From NCBI GenBank assembly GCA_027064425.1, contig JAMOPO010000015.1:192001-256000 (forward strand): a DNA stretch of 64,000 nucleotides, read 5' to 3'. This stretch comes from Methanobacteriota archaeon (GTDB taxonomy: Archaea; JAADCQ01; Methanopyri; Methanopyrales; Methanopyraceae). The notes below the pieces were generated by a model. It worked only from the letters and a program-made list of their open reading frames with translations. It was not told the DNA's origin and did no database searches. The number at the start of each line of letters is the position of its first letter. Position 1 is the first letter of the stretch. Shown here in pieces: positions 20,050 through 30,800 of the stretch. The position numbers and the translations under genes were made by a program.

Positions 20050-22935
20050 ATGAGAGTCGCGCTCGCCGTCCTGCTCGCCGCGGTGATCGCGGTCGCGGTG
20101 CCGGGGCCCGCGGGTGCTCTGGGCCCGTTCCTTAAGGGCCTGAAAATCGACTACCCCATCGACTGGCCGCGCTACTCGTTCTGGACGCACTCCGAGGTAA
20201 GGGTCTGTAGCAACGCAGTCGCCTACGACATCAAGCCCGTGGACTTCGGGTACGAGGTGTTCCAGGCGAACGTGGGCGTGCCCGTGTCCAAGGTTCCGGC
20301 CAGGGGAGTACTGATCGGGTGGTACGAGAAGGGGGAGCGGGGCGCTCCGGGCACCCTCGGCCTCACGTTCCTGAACCCGCAAGGATACCGGGTGGACGTG
20401 CTCCGAATCCCCGTTCAGTCCGGGCCGGCTGACCGCACCTGCCTCGGACTGGCCTACGATCGGGGTGCCCGGACGGCCCTCGTGGCCTGGACCTCAGGAG
20501 ACGCGATCTGGTTGATGGCCGTGCGCCTGGGCAGCGTGGCCTACACCGTCCGCACCGAGTCGGGAACGGTCAGGATGACGATGCCCATCGTCGAGGCCGG
20601 GCCGATCCTGACGAGGGTCGACGGCGGCAGATTCCCGGGACTCGCCGCGTACAGGGACTTCAGGCAGGTTCAGGTGGTAAGGCTCGGTGACAACCAGTTC
20701 CTGGTGATGTTCACCGGCCGGAACCCGAGCAAGCCGGGCGAGTACGGCCGGGACCTGCTGTACCTGGTCGCCACCGTCGACTGGAGCCGCCGAGACATCA
20801 ACGTGAAGGTCGGTGGCCAGGACCTGGGCTTCCAGAGCGTGGTGGCGTACCGCGTCAAGCTGATTCGACTCAACCCGCGCCCGAACGTGATCGGCCTCGC
20901 GTTCATAGGTCGGTGGAGGCAGGCTGAGGCCGGCGTCTGGTGGGTGACCCTGGGCTTTGACGGCCGCGGTTTGCGGATCATCGACTACCGGCGAATCAGC
21001 GACGACGAGTTCTACCTACCGCAGACACCGTACGCCCTGTTGGACTTCGCCGTCTGCGACCTGGGCGACAGGTACGTTGTCCTGGTGGTCTGGAACGACT
21101 CGCGGATACCTCACTTCGCGTGGCTGCTCGAGCGGTACCTCCGTTACAAGTACGGTAAAGGCGTCGAGGTGAAGCTGCCGCAGCACGACAAGCTCTGGAC
21201 ACTGTACGGGCAGCGCGTGGTCCTGCGTCGGGACGGCACCGTGGATGAAGCCACGCTGCTGAGGTCGGAGGGTGGGTTCCCGAAGAACTTCGAGGTGGGC
21301 TACCTGGCCCGGGCTGAGGTCTCGAAGTCAGAGGAGGGCGTTACCGTCAGCGTGGACACTGCCGAGATCGACTCCGTCACCGTCCTCACCTGCACGATCA
21401 ACGGGAAACCGTACTTCGTCGTGCACTACGCGGCGAACCTCAGGTGGAAGGACGTGGCTTACTGGGTTGATTACGCCTACCTCGGCTGGGGCTTCGAGAA
21501 GTCGGCACACGGGTACGACGTGTTCGCCACTCCCGTCCCGGCTGACCCGACGGTTCCTCCGTCGGTGATCCCGGAGATGGACGAGTGCAAAACGGGCCGG
21601 CAGGAGACCGAGGCCTACGTTCTGTACCCGGTGCACGTGGAGGGCAAAGCCGGCGTCCTGGTGAGGAGCGGCGGGACAGTCCACATCGACGCCTCAGGGC
21701 TCGCGATGGTGGCCGCGCCGACCGGCACGTACCTGCACCTGCACGACGTCATCCCGTACGTCGAAGTAACGTCGCCGGAGGGCTGGACCCTGGGGCGTAA
21801 GGGGGAGAAGACCCGCGCCGTCTGCATGAACCAGCTGAGCGTCCGGGCGGTCACGCTGCCGGACTCGCCGATCGCGTTCGAGGGATACCTCGAGGTCGAG
21901 AAGGAGTCCGAGACCGGTCCGAAGGTGAGCGGACCGCTCTACGTTCGTGTCTTCGTCCCAATGGTCGGCCCGCTGAAAGACCTGTACCGGGAGTGCTACG
22001 AGCTGGGCCTGCTCCCGGGCAGGATCATGTACGGGCTGCTGACGGACGATGTAGCGTACCAGCTGCAGCTGAAGTACGGAACGTACCAGGGCGAGTTCTA
22101 CGGCGTCGTCACCCTGACGGACGTCCTGGTCTGCGGGACGCTCGAGGCGAGACCGATCGTCATCGAGGATCACCCGTCGATCGTCCCGACGCACCTGCAG
22201 TACGACCTGATGGCCGGGGAGCCGCCCACCGGCCGGCTTGAGGTGTACTACACCACCGACTTCAAGGACGTCCTGCCGCCGGGCTCGGTCTTCCTCGTGA
22301 TGCTCAAGCAGGGGCAGCCCGTGTCGGCCGACTACTTCCTGCTGAAAGGGGGCGAGATCCTCAGCACGGAGGTCTCGATACCGCTCGCCGAGGCGCTGGC
22401 CAAGCTCATGGAGGCGGTGAAGAACGGGGTCCTCGATACGTCGAGGCTGCCCGCCTGCGCTAAGCGCGCCATCGAGGTGCTCGAGAGGCTGCCCAAGACG
22501 CGCATCGTCGAGGAGGCCATCAGCCTGCTGAAGGAGCTGCTCAACGCCCCACCCAACCTACTGCCCCAGACGTTCCGTCGGGTCCTGGGCCGGCTGATCG
22601 AGCTCACGCAGGGACAGTACGTCATCACGGCCTTCTTCCTACCGGCGGTCAGCGACGTCGAGGACCTGCCGCTGCCCGCCAGGCGCGATCAGCGCCTCTC
22701 GCGGGCGATCCACGAGATCGCGTACCTGGGCGCCACCAGCTGGGTGCCGCTGTACATGACCTGCGGGTCGGTTACCATCCGAGTCTCCGGCGGCACCGTG
22801 GTCGTCGCCAGCGGCCACCGCTCCACGCCGACGACCGGGCCCGGCCGCCCCGGTCAGGGTGTCAGGCCGTTCCAGCGGATCTCACCGGTGATCCTCCCGA
22901 TCGCGCCCCCGCGTGCGCGTCGTCGCCGCTCGTAG
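20050..22935 (+). CDS. Large secreted/surface protein with Pro-rich/Arg C-terminal tail
   Basis: Signal peptide MRVALAVLLAAVIAVAVPGPAGA; beta-rich body; ends ISPVILPIAPPRARRRRS. Confidence 0.85.
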   Translation: MRVALAVLLAAVIAVAVPGPAGALGPFLKGLKIDYPIDWPRYSFWTHSEVRVCSNAVAYDIKPVDFGYEVFQANVGVPVSKVPARGVLIGWYEKGERGAPGTLGLTFLNPQGYRVDVLRIPVQSGPADRTCLGLAYDRGARTALVAWTSGDAIWLMAVRLGSVAYTVRTESGTVRMTMPIVEAGPILTRVDGGRFPGLAAYRDFRQVQVVRLGDNQFLVMFTGRNPSKPGEYGRDLLYLVATVDWSRRDINVKVGGQDLGFQSVVAYRVKLIRLNPRPNVIGLAFIGRWRQAEAGVWWVTLGFDGRGLRIIDYRRISDDEFYLPQTPYALLDFAVCDLGDRYVVLVVWNDSRIPHFAWLLERYLRYKYGKGVEVKLPQHDKLWTLYGQRVVLRRDGTVDEATLLRSEGGFPKNFEVGYLARAEVSKSEEGVTVSVDTAEIDSVTVLTCTINGKPYFVVHYAANLRWKDVAYWVDYAYLGWGFEKSAHGYDVFATPVPADPTVPPSVIPEMDECKTGRQETEAYVLYPVHVEGKAGVLVRSGGTVHIDASGLAMVAAPTGTYLHLHDVIPYVEVTSPEGWTLGRKGEKTRAVCMNQLSVRAVTLPDSPIAFEGYLEVEKESETGPKVSGPLYVRVFVPMVGPLKDLYRECYELGLLPGRIMYGLLTDDVAYQLQLKYGTYQGEFYGVVTLTDVLVCGTLEARPIVIEDHPSIVPTHLQYDLMAGEPPTGRLEVYYTTDFKDVLPPGSVFLVMLKQGQPVSADYFLLKGGEILSTEVSIPLAEALAKLMEAVKNGVLDTSRLPACAKRAIEVLERLPKTRIVEEAISLLKELLNAPPNLLPQTFRRVLGRLIELTQGQYVITAFFLPAVSDVEDLPLPARRDQRLSRAIHEIAYLGATSWVPLYMTCGSVTIRVSGGTVVVASGHRSTPTTGPGRPGQGVRPFQRISPVILPIAPPRARRRRS

Positions 22936-22962
22936 CACGAACCTTTTTTCAAAGCTGATTGA

Positions 22963-22995
22963 GTATTACTCTCAGCTCAACCCGTAATCTTTAAG
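22963..22995 (+). promoter_or_regulatory. Putative NikR-type operator abutting a TATA box
   Basis: GTATTA-N16-TAATCT (core ATTAC-N14-GTAAT inverted repeat) running into TTTAAG, about 45 nt before the ATG at 23037. Confidence 0.5.
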
Positions 22996-23036
22996 TCGCA
23001 ACCCAGGGCGCCGGCGTCGGGGGTGAGAGCACCTCG

Positions 23037-24782
23037 ATGAGAGCCCCCGCGCTGCTTCTCGTCCTAGCGTCCGTCCTGGTGGCAACCGGGGTTCCGGCCA
23101 GCGCGGCGTCGGAGCGGGACGTCAGCCAGTGCCTGCAGGATTGCATCAAGTGGCTGGTGGAGAACCAGTTCACGGAGCAGGACGTGGGCAAGTCGTGGAC
23201 GTTCGAGGATCCGGGCGGCACGTACCAGGGTGCCAGGTACGCGGTGCACTTCGCCACCGAGGAGAACGGGCAGCTGAAGGACCAGGGTCCGGCTAAGGAG
23301 GTGCTCCGAGTCGAGCAGTACGACGTGGGCGTGTGGCCGGCCACGTTCAAGGGCGACAACCGGATCATCGCGGTGAGGGCCAGCCAGTGCGCGTTTCGGG
23401 ACAAGTACGGCCTGGAGGCCGTGCAGGTGGGTAAGTACATCGCGGCGCTGGTGGACAGGTCCAAGCGCGTGATCTACGTGAAGCCGTCCAGCAAGTACCC
23501 GGGCGTGCTGTTCGGCGGCGAGCCGGCGTACTCGTCGACGAAGTTCGCCGTCCCGATGCTGGTTCTCGCGGTTAAGGAGGGCGTCAAGGATCCAGCCTTC
23601 AAGGAGGCCGTGAAGCGCGCCGTGAAGTGGGTGCTCACGGTCAACAAACCGCGCGGGTATTACTACCAGCGGTCGCTGGCGGCGATCCGCGAGAAGCTGG
23701 AGAAGGAGGGCAACCTCACGACCAGCATCGGCGGCGCGCTGTACTACTACGTGATTCCGCTGCTGCTGGGCCGCGAGCTGGGGATCGTGGACGACGACCT
23801 GTGGAACCAGTGCAAGGACCACGCGCTGTACATCCTGAGGCACGCGGTGCTGGCGCCGGAGGTGCACTGGAAGACGTGGGCCGAGTACCGGAACGTTCTC
23901 GTGATTGACGCGAAGGGCAAGCTGGCCTACTGGCTGAGGCAGAAGCGGAAGGAGGGTGAGTGGGTCAGCTACAGTCGGACGTACGACACCGCGGCGGCCG
24001 TGCTGGCGCTGGTGCACGCGATCAAGCTCGGGCTACTGAAGCCGGACGAGGAGGTTCAGATCGGTGAGGTGAAGGTCAAAGTCGGTGACCTGGTCCGGTA
24101 CGCGACGAACGCGCTGGTGAGGTTCTTCGTCGAGGGCTGCGGCAACCCGTGCTACCTGGAGAAGCAGGCGGTGGAGCAGGGAGTCTACTGGAAGTCGTAT
24201 TACTACCCGGTGAAGTACTCGTTCTACGCCCTGTGGGCGATCCGGGACGCGAGGGAGGCGGGGCTGCTCGGTGACTACGCGCGGAAGCACCTGAGCGTTG
24301 CGCTGCGGCGGTACGTGGGCTGGCTGGAGGGCATGCAGCTGGAGGGCAGGCCGGGGTACTTCCCGTACAACGAGTACATCCTGGGCTCGCCGGACTTCGC
24401 GAGCACCTGCGCCGCGCTGCTGGGCCTGTGCATGGCGGTAGAAATGGGACACCGTAGTCCGACAGCGATCGACCTGATCAAGAGGGTGGTTGACGCGCTG
24501 ATCAGCCAGTACAGGGACGCCAAGAAGCGGGGGCTGAAGTACCTATTCTACGTGCCGACGCCGGAGAGCAGGTACTACCTGTACATGTCCAGGTTCTTCG
24601 CGGACCGCAGCGTGAACGAGGTGGCGTTCGCGACCGCACACGCGGTGGCGGCGCTGGCCGCGGTGGAGAAGCTGCCGGCAGACGTTAAGAAGCAGGTTCT
24701 GAAGGGCAGGAAGGTGCCGGTGGCACCGGTAGTGATGGCGGCGGTGGCACTGCTGTTACTCAGGCGCCGCCTCCCCGCCTAA
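23037..24782 (+). CDS. Secreted alpha/alpha-barrel (prenyltransferase/terpene-cyclase-like) protein with C-terminal anchor
   Basis: Signal peptide; repeated WL..xQ motifs (IKWLVENQ, VGWLEGMQ, DALISQ) and TAxAxxAL helices; C-terminal VPVAPV-TM-RRR. Confidence 0.7.
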   Translation: MRAPALLLVLASVLVATGVPASAASERDVSQCLQDCIKWLVENQFTEQDVGKSWTFEDPGGTYQGARYAVHFATEENGQLKDQGPAKEVLRVEQYDVGVWPATFKGDNRIIAVRASQCAFRDKYGLEAVQVGKYIAALVDRSKRVIYVKPSSKYPGVLFGGEPAYSSTKFAVPMLVLAVKEGVKDPAFKEAVKRAVKWVLTVNKPRGYYYQRSLAAIREKLEKEGNLTTSIGGALYYYVIPLLLGRELGIVDDDLWNQCKDHALYILRHAVLAPEVHWKTWAEYRNVLVIDAKGKLAYWLRQKRKEGEWVSYSRTYDTAAAVLALVHAIKLGLLKPDEEVQIGEVKVKVGDLVRYATNALVRFFVEGCGNPCYLEKQAVEQGVYWKSYYYPVKYSFYALWAIRDAREAGLLGDYARKHLSVALRRYVGWLEGMQLEGRPGYFPYNEYILGSPDFASTCAALLGLCMAVEMGHRSPTAIDLIKRVVDALISQYRDAKKRGLKYLFYVPTPESRYYLYMSRFFADRSVNEVAFATAHAVAALAAVEKLPADVKKQVLKGRKVPVAPVVMAAVALLLLRRRLPA

Positions 24783-24802
24783 ACGCCCCCGCTAGGGGGT
24801 TC

Positions 24803-27800
24803 TTGATGAAGGACGTCCGACGCCTCGCCCTCCCTCTAGCGCTCCTCCTAGTTCACCTCCCGGTCCAGACGGAAGCGTCCCCGCTGCAGGACTCTCCCCA
24901 CCACCTCGTCGTCGTGACCGGGTACTGGTCCCTGGGGCTACCGGCCGCCAAGGCTGCCTCCGGACTGCCCGTCACGGTCGTCGTGGAGGACGCCGTGTCT
25001 CACGGATTCGTCTCACCCGACGCGGTCAAGGAGGCGATCCTGCGCGCCGACACGATCCTACTAGTTCACACGAGGAGCAACCCGATCCTCGGCACGATCC
25101 TAGCGAACCTGCCCGCCGGGAAGCGGGTGTTCGTGTACAACAACGTGCTCCCGAAGCCGCAGGACGCCCGGAACCTGGCGGACGTCACGGTGGAGTGGGA
25201 GGGCGTCACGATACCGCTCTCCCTGTACGTCCAGTCCCGCTCTGAACGCAACCTCCGGAGCCTATTCGAGTACCTGCTGACCGGGCGACCGGGCCCGTTC
25301 CACCCGTTCGACGGCTGGGTCGAGGGCTACGACTACGAGCGCGACGAGATCGTGCGGCCCGAGGATCCCGGTCCGGAGGAGCTCCGGGAGGCGCTCTCCC
25401 GGTACGGATCCGCGCCCGTCTACCTGGGAGATCGGGCGTACCCGCGGTGGTTCGTCGAGCTCCTTAAGTCCCGGCTGCCCGACCTGATCCGAGAGGTACT
25501 CTCGCACGAGCCTCGGCGCGACGGCCCGGCGGTCCTGATCGTCTGCGACTCAACCGCGCTGGAGTGCGGGTGGACGGCCCCGCTGCGAGAGCTCTGCCGG
25601 GCGCTGGTCAAGCGCGGGCTGGCGCCGCTGGTGCTGGCGCTGCACTACGACCTGCTGGACGGGGACCTGGAGGACGTCCTCCGGGCCCTGCGCGAGACGG
25701 TGAGGCGGCTCAACGTCCAGGCCGTGATCTTCCTGGCCGGCTTCTTCCGCATGCGCTCCCCGGACTCCCCGGAGGTGAAGCTGCTTGAGGAGCTCGGTGT
25801 GCCCGTGGTTAAGGCGATCAGGCTCGGGCACACGATGACGGAGTGGCAAGCGTACTGGCGGATGCCCAGCGGCATGGACTGGTCCGCGCTGTACCACATC
25901 GTGATCCCGGAGAACCTGGGCCTGATCGAGGGCATCCCGATCTCGGTCCGCGAGTGGCGGACGGACGGTCCGAGAACCCTGCTGGGCGGCGTCTGGCGCG
26001 CGGACGTGCCCGTCCCGCCCATGGTCGAGCTGCTGGCGAGCCGGGTGGCCGCGTGGGTCAAGCTCCGGCTGAAGCCGAACGCGGAGAAGCGGGTGGTCAT
26101 CCTCTACTGGGCGGCCGAGCCGGGCAAGGAGGGAGTGGGTGTCGCCTCCTCGCTCGACGTCTCGGCCTCGATCGTCAACTTCCTCGCCTGGCTGCTGGCG
26201 CGCGGGTACCGGGTCGAAATCCCGCGGGAGCTCGCCGAGTACCTCCGGCGGTTCGCGGACGAGGTTCCCCGGGACTCCGAGCTGTACCGGGCGCTGAAGT
26301 CCGGCTCGATCGAGGAGGTGGTCAGGGCGATTCGAGGCACGCTCCTCGAGATCAACCGGCTGGAGGTGGAGGCGGAGGAACTCGCGGAGAAGGGTGGGTG
26401 GAGGCGGGCGCTCGAGCTCTACGCGCGGGCTTACCGCCTCATGCGGCCCCTCGCCGACGCGCTCGGCCGGTTGATGGTGGAGGAGGGCTCCAACATCGGG
26501 GCCTACATCCTGCGGCGCGTGCGGGCCGAGGACGGCAGGCTCGTGCTGGAGCTGCTGGCCTACGAGAACGGCAGGTTCGTGCGGAGGGAGTGGGAGGTCC
26601 GCTACGTTCATCTCCTGCCGCTCGACGAGTACCTGCGCTGGTACCGTACCCTGCCGGAGGAGGCCAGGCTGTGCGTGGAGAAAGGCATCTTCGGGTACCT
26701 GGAGGCGCTGCTGAGGTTCGTGAAGCGGTACGGTCCGGTGGTGGATTCGCTGAAGCTCCGGGCGCTGACGAACGGGTTGAGGTCGCTGGTGGCGTACGTC
26801 GAGGGCCACCTGCAGTACCTCCAGCTGTCCGACCGGGAGCGTCGGGAGTTCCTGGGCGACCTCCGGTCGCTGGTGGAGGACGTCGTCTCCGCCCTGACCG
26901 ACCCGAACCGGGTGGATGAGGCGCTGCACCGGTGCGAGGAGCTGCACCGGAAGTGGTCGCGGGTGGAGGCGCTGTACGGGTGGTTCACGGGGTGGGGTCC
27001 GCCCGAACGCTCGCGTTACCTCGTCGAAATTGACGGGAAGAAGTACTTCGTGATTCGCGGGATCCGGTTCGGGAACGTGCTGGTCGCGCCGCAGCCGGCG
27101 CGCGGGTACTACGTGGGCATCAGCGTCGCTTACCACTCCACGATCCTGCCGCCCTGTCACTATTACCTCGCCTGTTACTACTACTTCACCCGCGTTTTCC
27201 GCGCGGACGTGATCGTGAACACGGGCAAGCACGGCACGTACGAGTGGCTCCCGTACAAACCCCTCTTCATGTCCTGGTGGGACTTCCCGCAGATCTGCAT
27301 CCAGGACGTTCCACAGGTGTACCCGTATTACGTGGCCGACCCCTCCGAGGCGCTGGTCGCGAAGCGGCGGGGCTGGGCCGTCCTGGTTAACTACCTGCCG
27401 GAGTCGCTGGCCAGGTGCGAGCTGGAGGACGAGTGGGGCGAGCTACTCGAGCTCCTGCGAGAGTACCTGTCCTCGGGCCTGAGCGTGTACCGGGCGCGGA
27501 TCCTGGAGCTCGTCAAGAAGACGCGGGCGTACGAGCTCCTGAACCTCAGCTCGCTGGAGGAGTTCGAGCGGGATTTTGACGGCAACTGCGCCCGGCTCTA
27601 CTTCCTGCTCCACGACCTGGAGGAGCACGAGGTGGTTCCGGTCGGGCTGCACGTGTTCGGGATGCCGCCGTTGGGTGAGGATCCCGTCGAGACGCTGGCC
27701 AGCTTCGCCGCGAAAATCCTGGTGAACGAGACGCTCGGCGCGCTGGACTACCCGCGCGCCCTGGAGCTCTGTCGGGAGGTGATCGAGCGGCCGGAGGCGA

Positions 27801-30800
27801 GGGAGTCCGACGAGCTGCACCGGGAGGCGGCGCGGGTCGTGGAGCTGCTCTTCCAGAGCGCGCGGCTCGAGCGGGAGAACTTCCTCCGCGCGCTCGAGGG
27901 CCGCTACGTTCCACCAGGGTACGCCTCGAGCCCGTTCAAGGAGATCGACGCGCTGCCCACGGGCAGGAACTCCTGCATGTTCGACCCTCGCAAGTGGCCG
28001 GACTGGATCTCGATCAACCCCGCGTACGCGGTGGCGATCCCCCTCCGACTGGTCGCGAAGAAGGTCGTCGCGTTCGACTGGGCGACGGATAACATCAACA
28101 CGCGGGCGCTGCCGATCGCGGTGCAAATGCTGCTGCTGGGCGTTCTCCCACGCCGGAACTCTGAGGGGGTCGTCGTCGGCGTCGACCCGTGCGCGCCGCT
28201 CCGCCCGAACGCCGTGGCGGGAACGCGCCGATACGGCCAGGTCCTGATCACGGGCAGGCTCGTTCGCATGGATCTCTTGGGTTCGGGCACGGTGCGCCTG
28301 GTGGTCGCACCGCCCGGCGGCGGGACCGAGATCGAGGTGCGAGCCCCGCTCGACTCCCTCCCGTTCCCGCTGTTCGTGGGCGACCACGTGACGATCCTGG
28401 GCACGCTGGTTCCGCCCGAGCGGAGGGTGGAGCTGCTGGACGCCGAGGTGCTGAGATCGTACGAGGGAGGGTACCTGACGCCCACCGAGCTCGCGGCCGT
28501 GGGAAGCGTGGCCTCGGGCCCCGTCGTGGTGAAGGGAACGGTCAAAGAGGTCAGCGGGAACTTCCTGGTGGTTACGGACGGGACGACGGACGTCCGGTGC
28601 TGCGTCGCGGGTCCCGTGCGGGTGAGGCCGGGCGAGACGGTCTTCGTGCGCGGGCGACCGCTGATCCAAGAGGAGCCGCCGATCGTGTCCGCGACGCTCG
28701 TGCTCCGGGGCCGGCTGACGCGGATCACGGACGTGATCGTGCTCGGCACCTCCTGCTTCCGGGACGTGTTCGCCCACAACATCCTCGCGGAGCTGTTCCT
28801 GGGCCGCGCGGCGGCCATTTTAGCGGCGGAGCCGTACCTGGCGGCGGAGCTCGGTGTTCCCTCCTTGGTCGGAGCGCGGGTGAAGGGGGCGAACGTCCCC
28901 GGGCTCGTGCTGGAGCGACTGCGGGAGATCGTGGGCCGGTTGCGGCAGGGTCGGTGGGAGAACCCGCTGCACGAGACCGTGCTGCGGGTCTACGAGGCGG
29001 CGCTGGACCTGGCCTCCTCCATGGGTAGGGAGAGGTTGGCGAGGCTGCTGTGGGAGGGGTTGAAGTCGCTCTACGCTCAGGTTCAGGAGGCGTGCTCGCA
29101 GCAGGGGCTGAGCTTCGACTCCGTGCTCTCTACGGCCAGGGAGCTGGCGTATCTCGCGCCACCGAGCGAGAACTACGCGTTCCTGGACTGGGCGGCGGTC
29201 TACCTGGCGCTACTCGCGTGCCGGGAGCGTGAAGTCAGCGCGCCGCTCCGGGCTTGGGTGGAGCAGGTCCGGAGGATCCCGGAGGCGGATTACCCGCTCC
29301 TGGCGGCGATCGACGTGTTCTGTCAGGCGCCCGGTGACTACACGAACGTGATCGGGAAGACGATCGAGTCGGGCGCGTTCCTGCTGGAGGAGCGGGTTAA
29401 GCTGGCCCTGACCTGGATCTCCGCGATGAGCTACCTGTACGGGCCGCGGTACTGGGGCGTCAGCGTGCCGCTGCTGCTCGCGCTGAACCTGGCGGTCCCG
29501 GACCACACGCTCCACACGATGGTCTCCTCGGACGAGAAGGCGACGTTCTTCTACGACGACTGCATCTACGCGTTCGAAGGCGGGATGCGGCTGGCCGTCG
29601 AGGCCGTGAACGGGCTGGCGCCCGAGCAGGAGCCGGAGATCGGCATGCTCGTGCTCAACCTGCGCCACGCCGCCCTCGGGACCTACACCGGCGGCGACTA
29701 CTCTCGAACGGTGTACCGGCTGGCCCACGTCGCCGAGCTGATCGCCCGCGCCAACCCGAGCCTGGCCCCGTGGCTCCGCGACCTGGCGTCCAGCCTGGCG
29801 GCCGGTAACCTGATGGCGGCGATGATCGCGAGCAACCTGACCCTGCTGATGCAGCCGTCGACCGAGGCGGAGCTGCGGGCGCTGCGCGGCGACCTGACGG
29901 CCGCGTACCGGTACGCCCTGCTGATGCCGTTCCAGTCCTACGCCTGGTACGACCTCATGCGCACGGTCTTCAACCCGCTGTATCTGCGCGGCAAGCGGTT
30001 TCACGGCTACTCAGGTGCGGTGGACCTACTCAAGCGACTCGACTTCCTGATCACCGGCTGGAGCACCCTGACGCCGGGCCTGCTCGGCTGGAACGGCATC
30101 TTCCGCCGCGTCGCCCGGGTTCTGGTCGAGAACAGGTCCTGGCTGGCGCGTTACGCCCCGGAGAGTCTGCTGTCCGTCTCGGTCAAGCTCCTGGTGATCG
30201 CGTTCGATCGGGCCCGGTACGGGCTGGTGAGCGGGGAGCTGCTGCGCAGCCCCGAGTTCGTGCAGCTGGTCCGCGAGGTCATCGTGCCCGAGCTGCTTGA
30301 GGGCGAGCTGTGCTGCTGCCCGGCCGTGTGCGGTAACCCAACGATTCAGGAGCGGTTCCTGCAGGCGCTCGCGGCCTACGAGTCCATCATCCCGCAGGTG
30401 CGTCCGGCCATCGCGGTCTTCACGACCAACTACGTGGGCCGGCCGATCCCAGGCCGGACCGCCAACGTCACCACCGCCCCGGGAGCGGCGCCGGCCCCGA
30501 CCACCGTCGGCCCGACGCCCGCATCGTCCCTCGCACCGACCGCGGCTCCGGCGACGACACCGGCGGTCAGCCCCGCCGCCCTCCCCGCGCCCAGCCCGGC
30601 GCCGCGGCGGGTCTTGAACGCCCAGGCGCCGAGTGCCACCACGGCACCGGTCTCAACATCTACCTCGGGCACCCCGGCGACGAGCGGTACGCGGTCCATC
30701 GCCAGCACCGCCGCGGCCCCCTCAGCCAGCGCGCCGGTCAGCCCGATGACCGGAGCCAGAACCGCCGTCCGGGTGGCCAGAGCGGTGGCCGCCGTCGCGG

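Noticed and set aside
22975-22992. AACCCGTAAT resembling part of a Methanopyrus CRISPR repeat
   Set aside because: Single short match with no repeat-spacer periodicity; better explained as an operator/promoter. No CRISPR array or cas gene is seen in the window.
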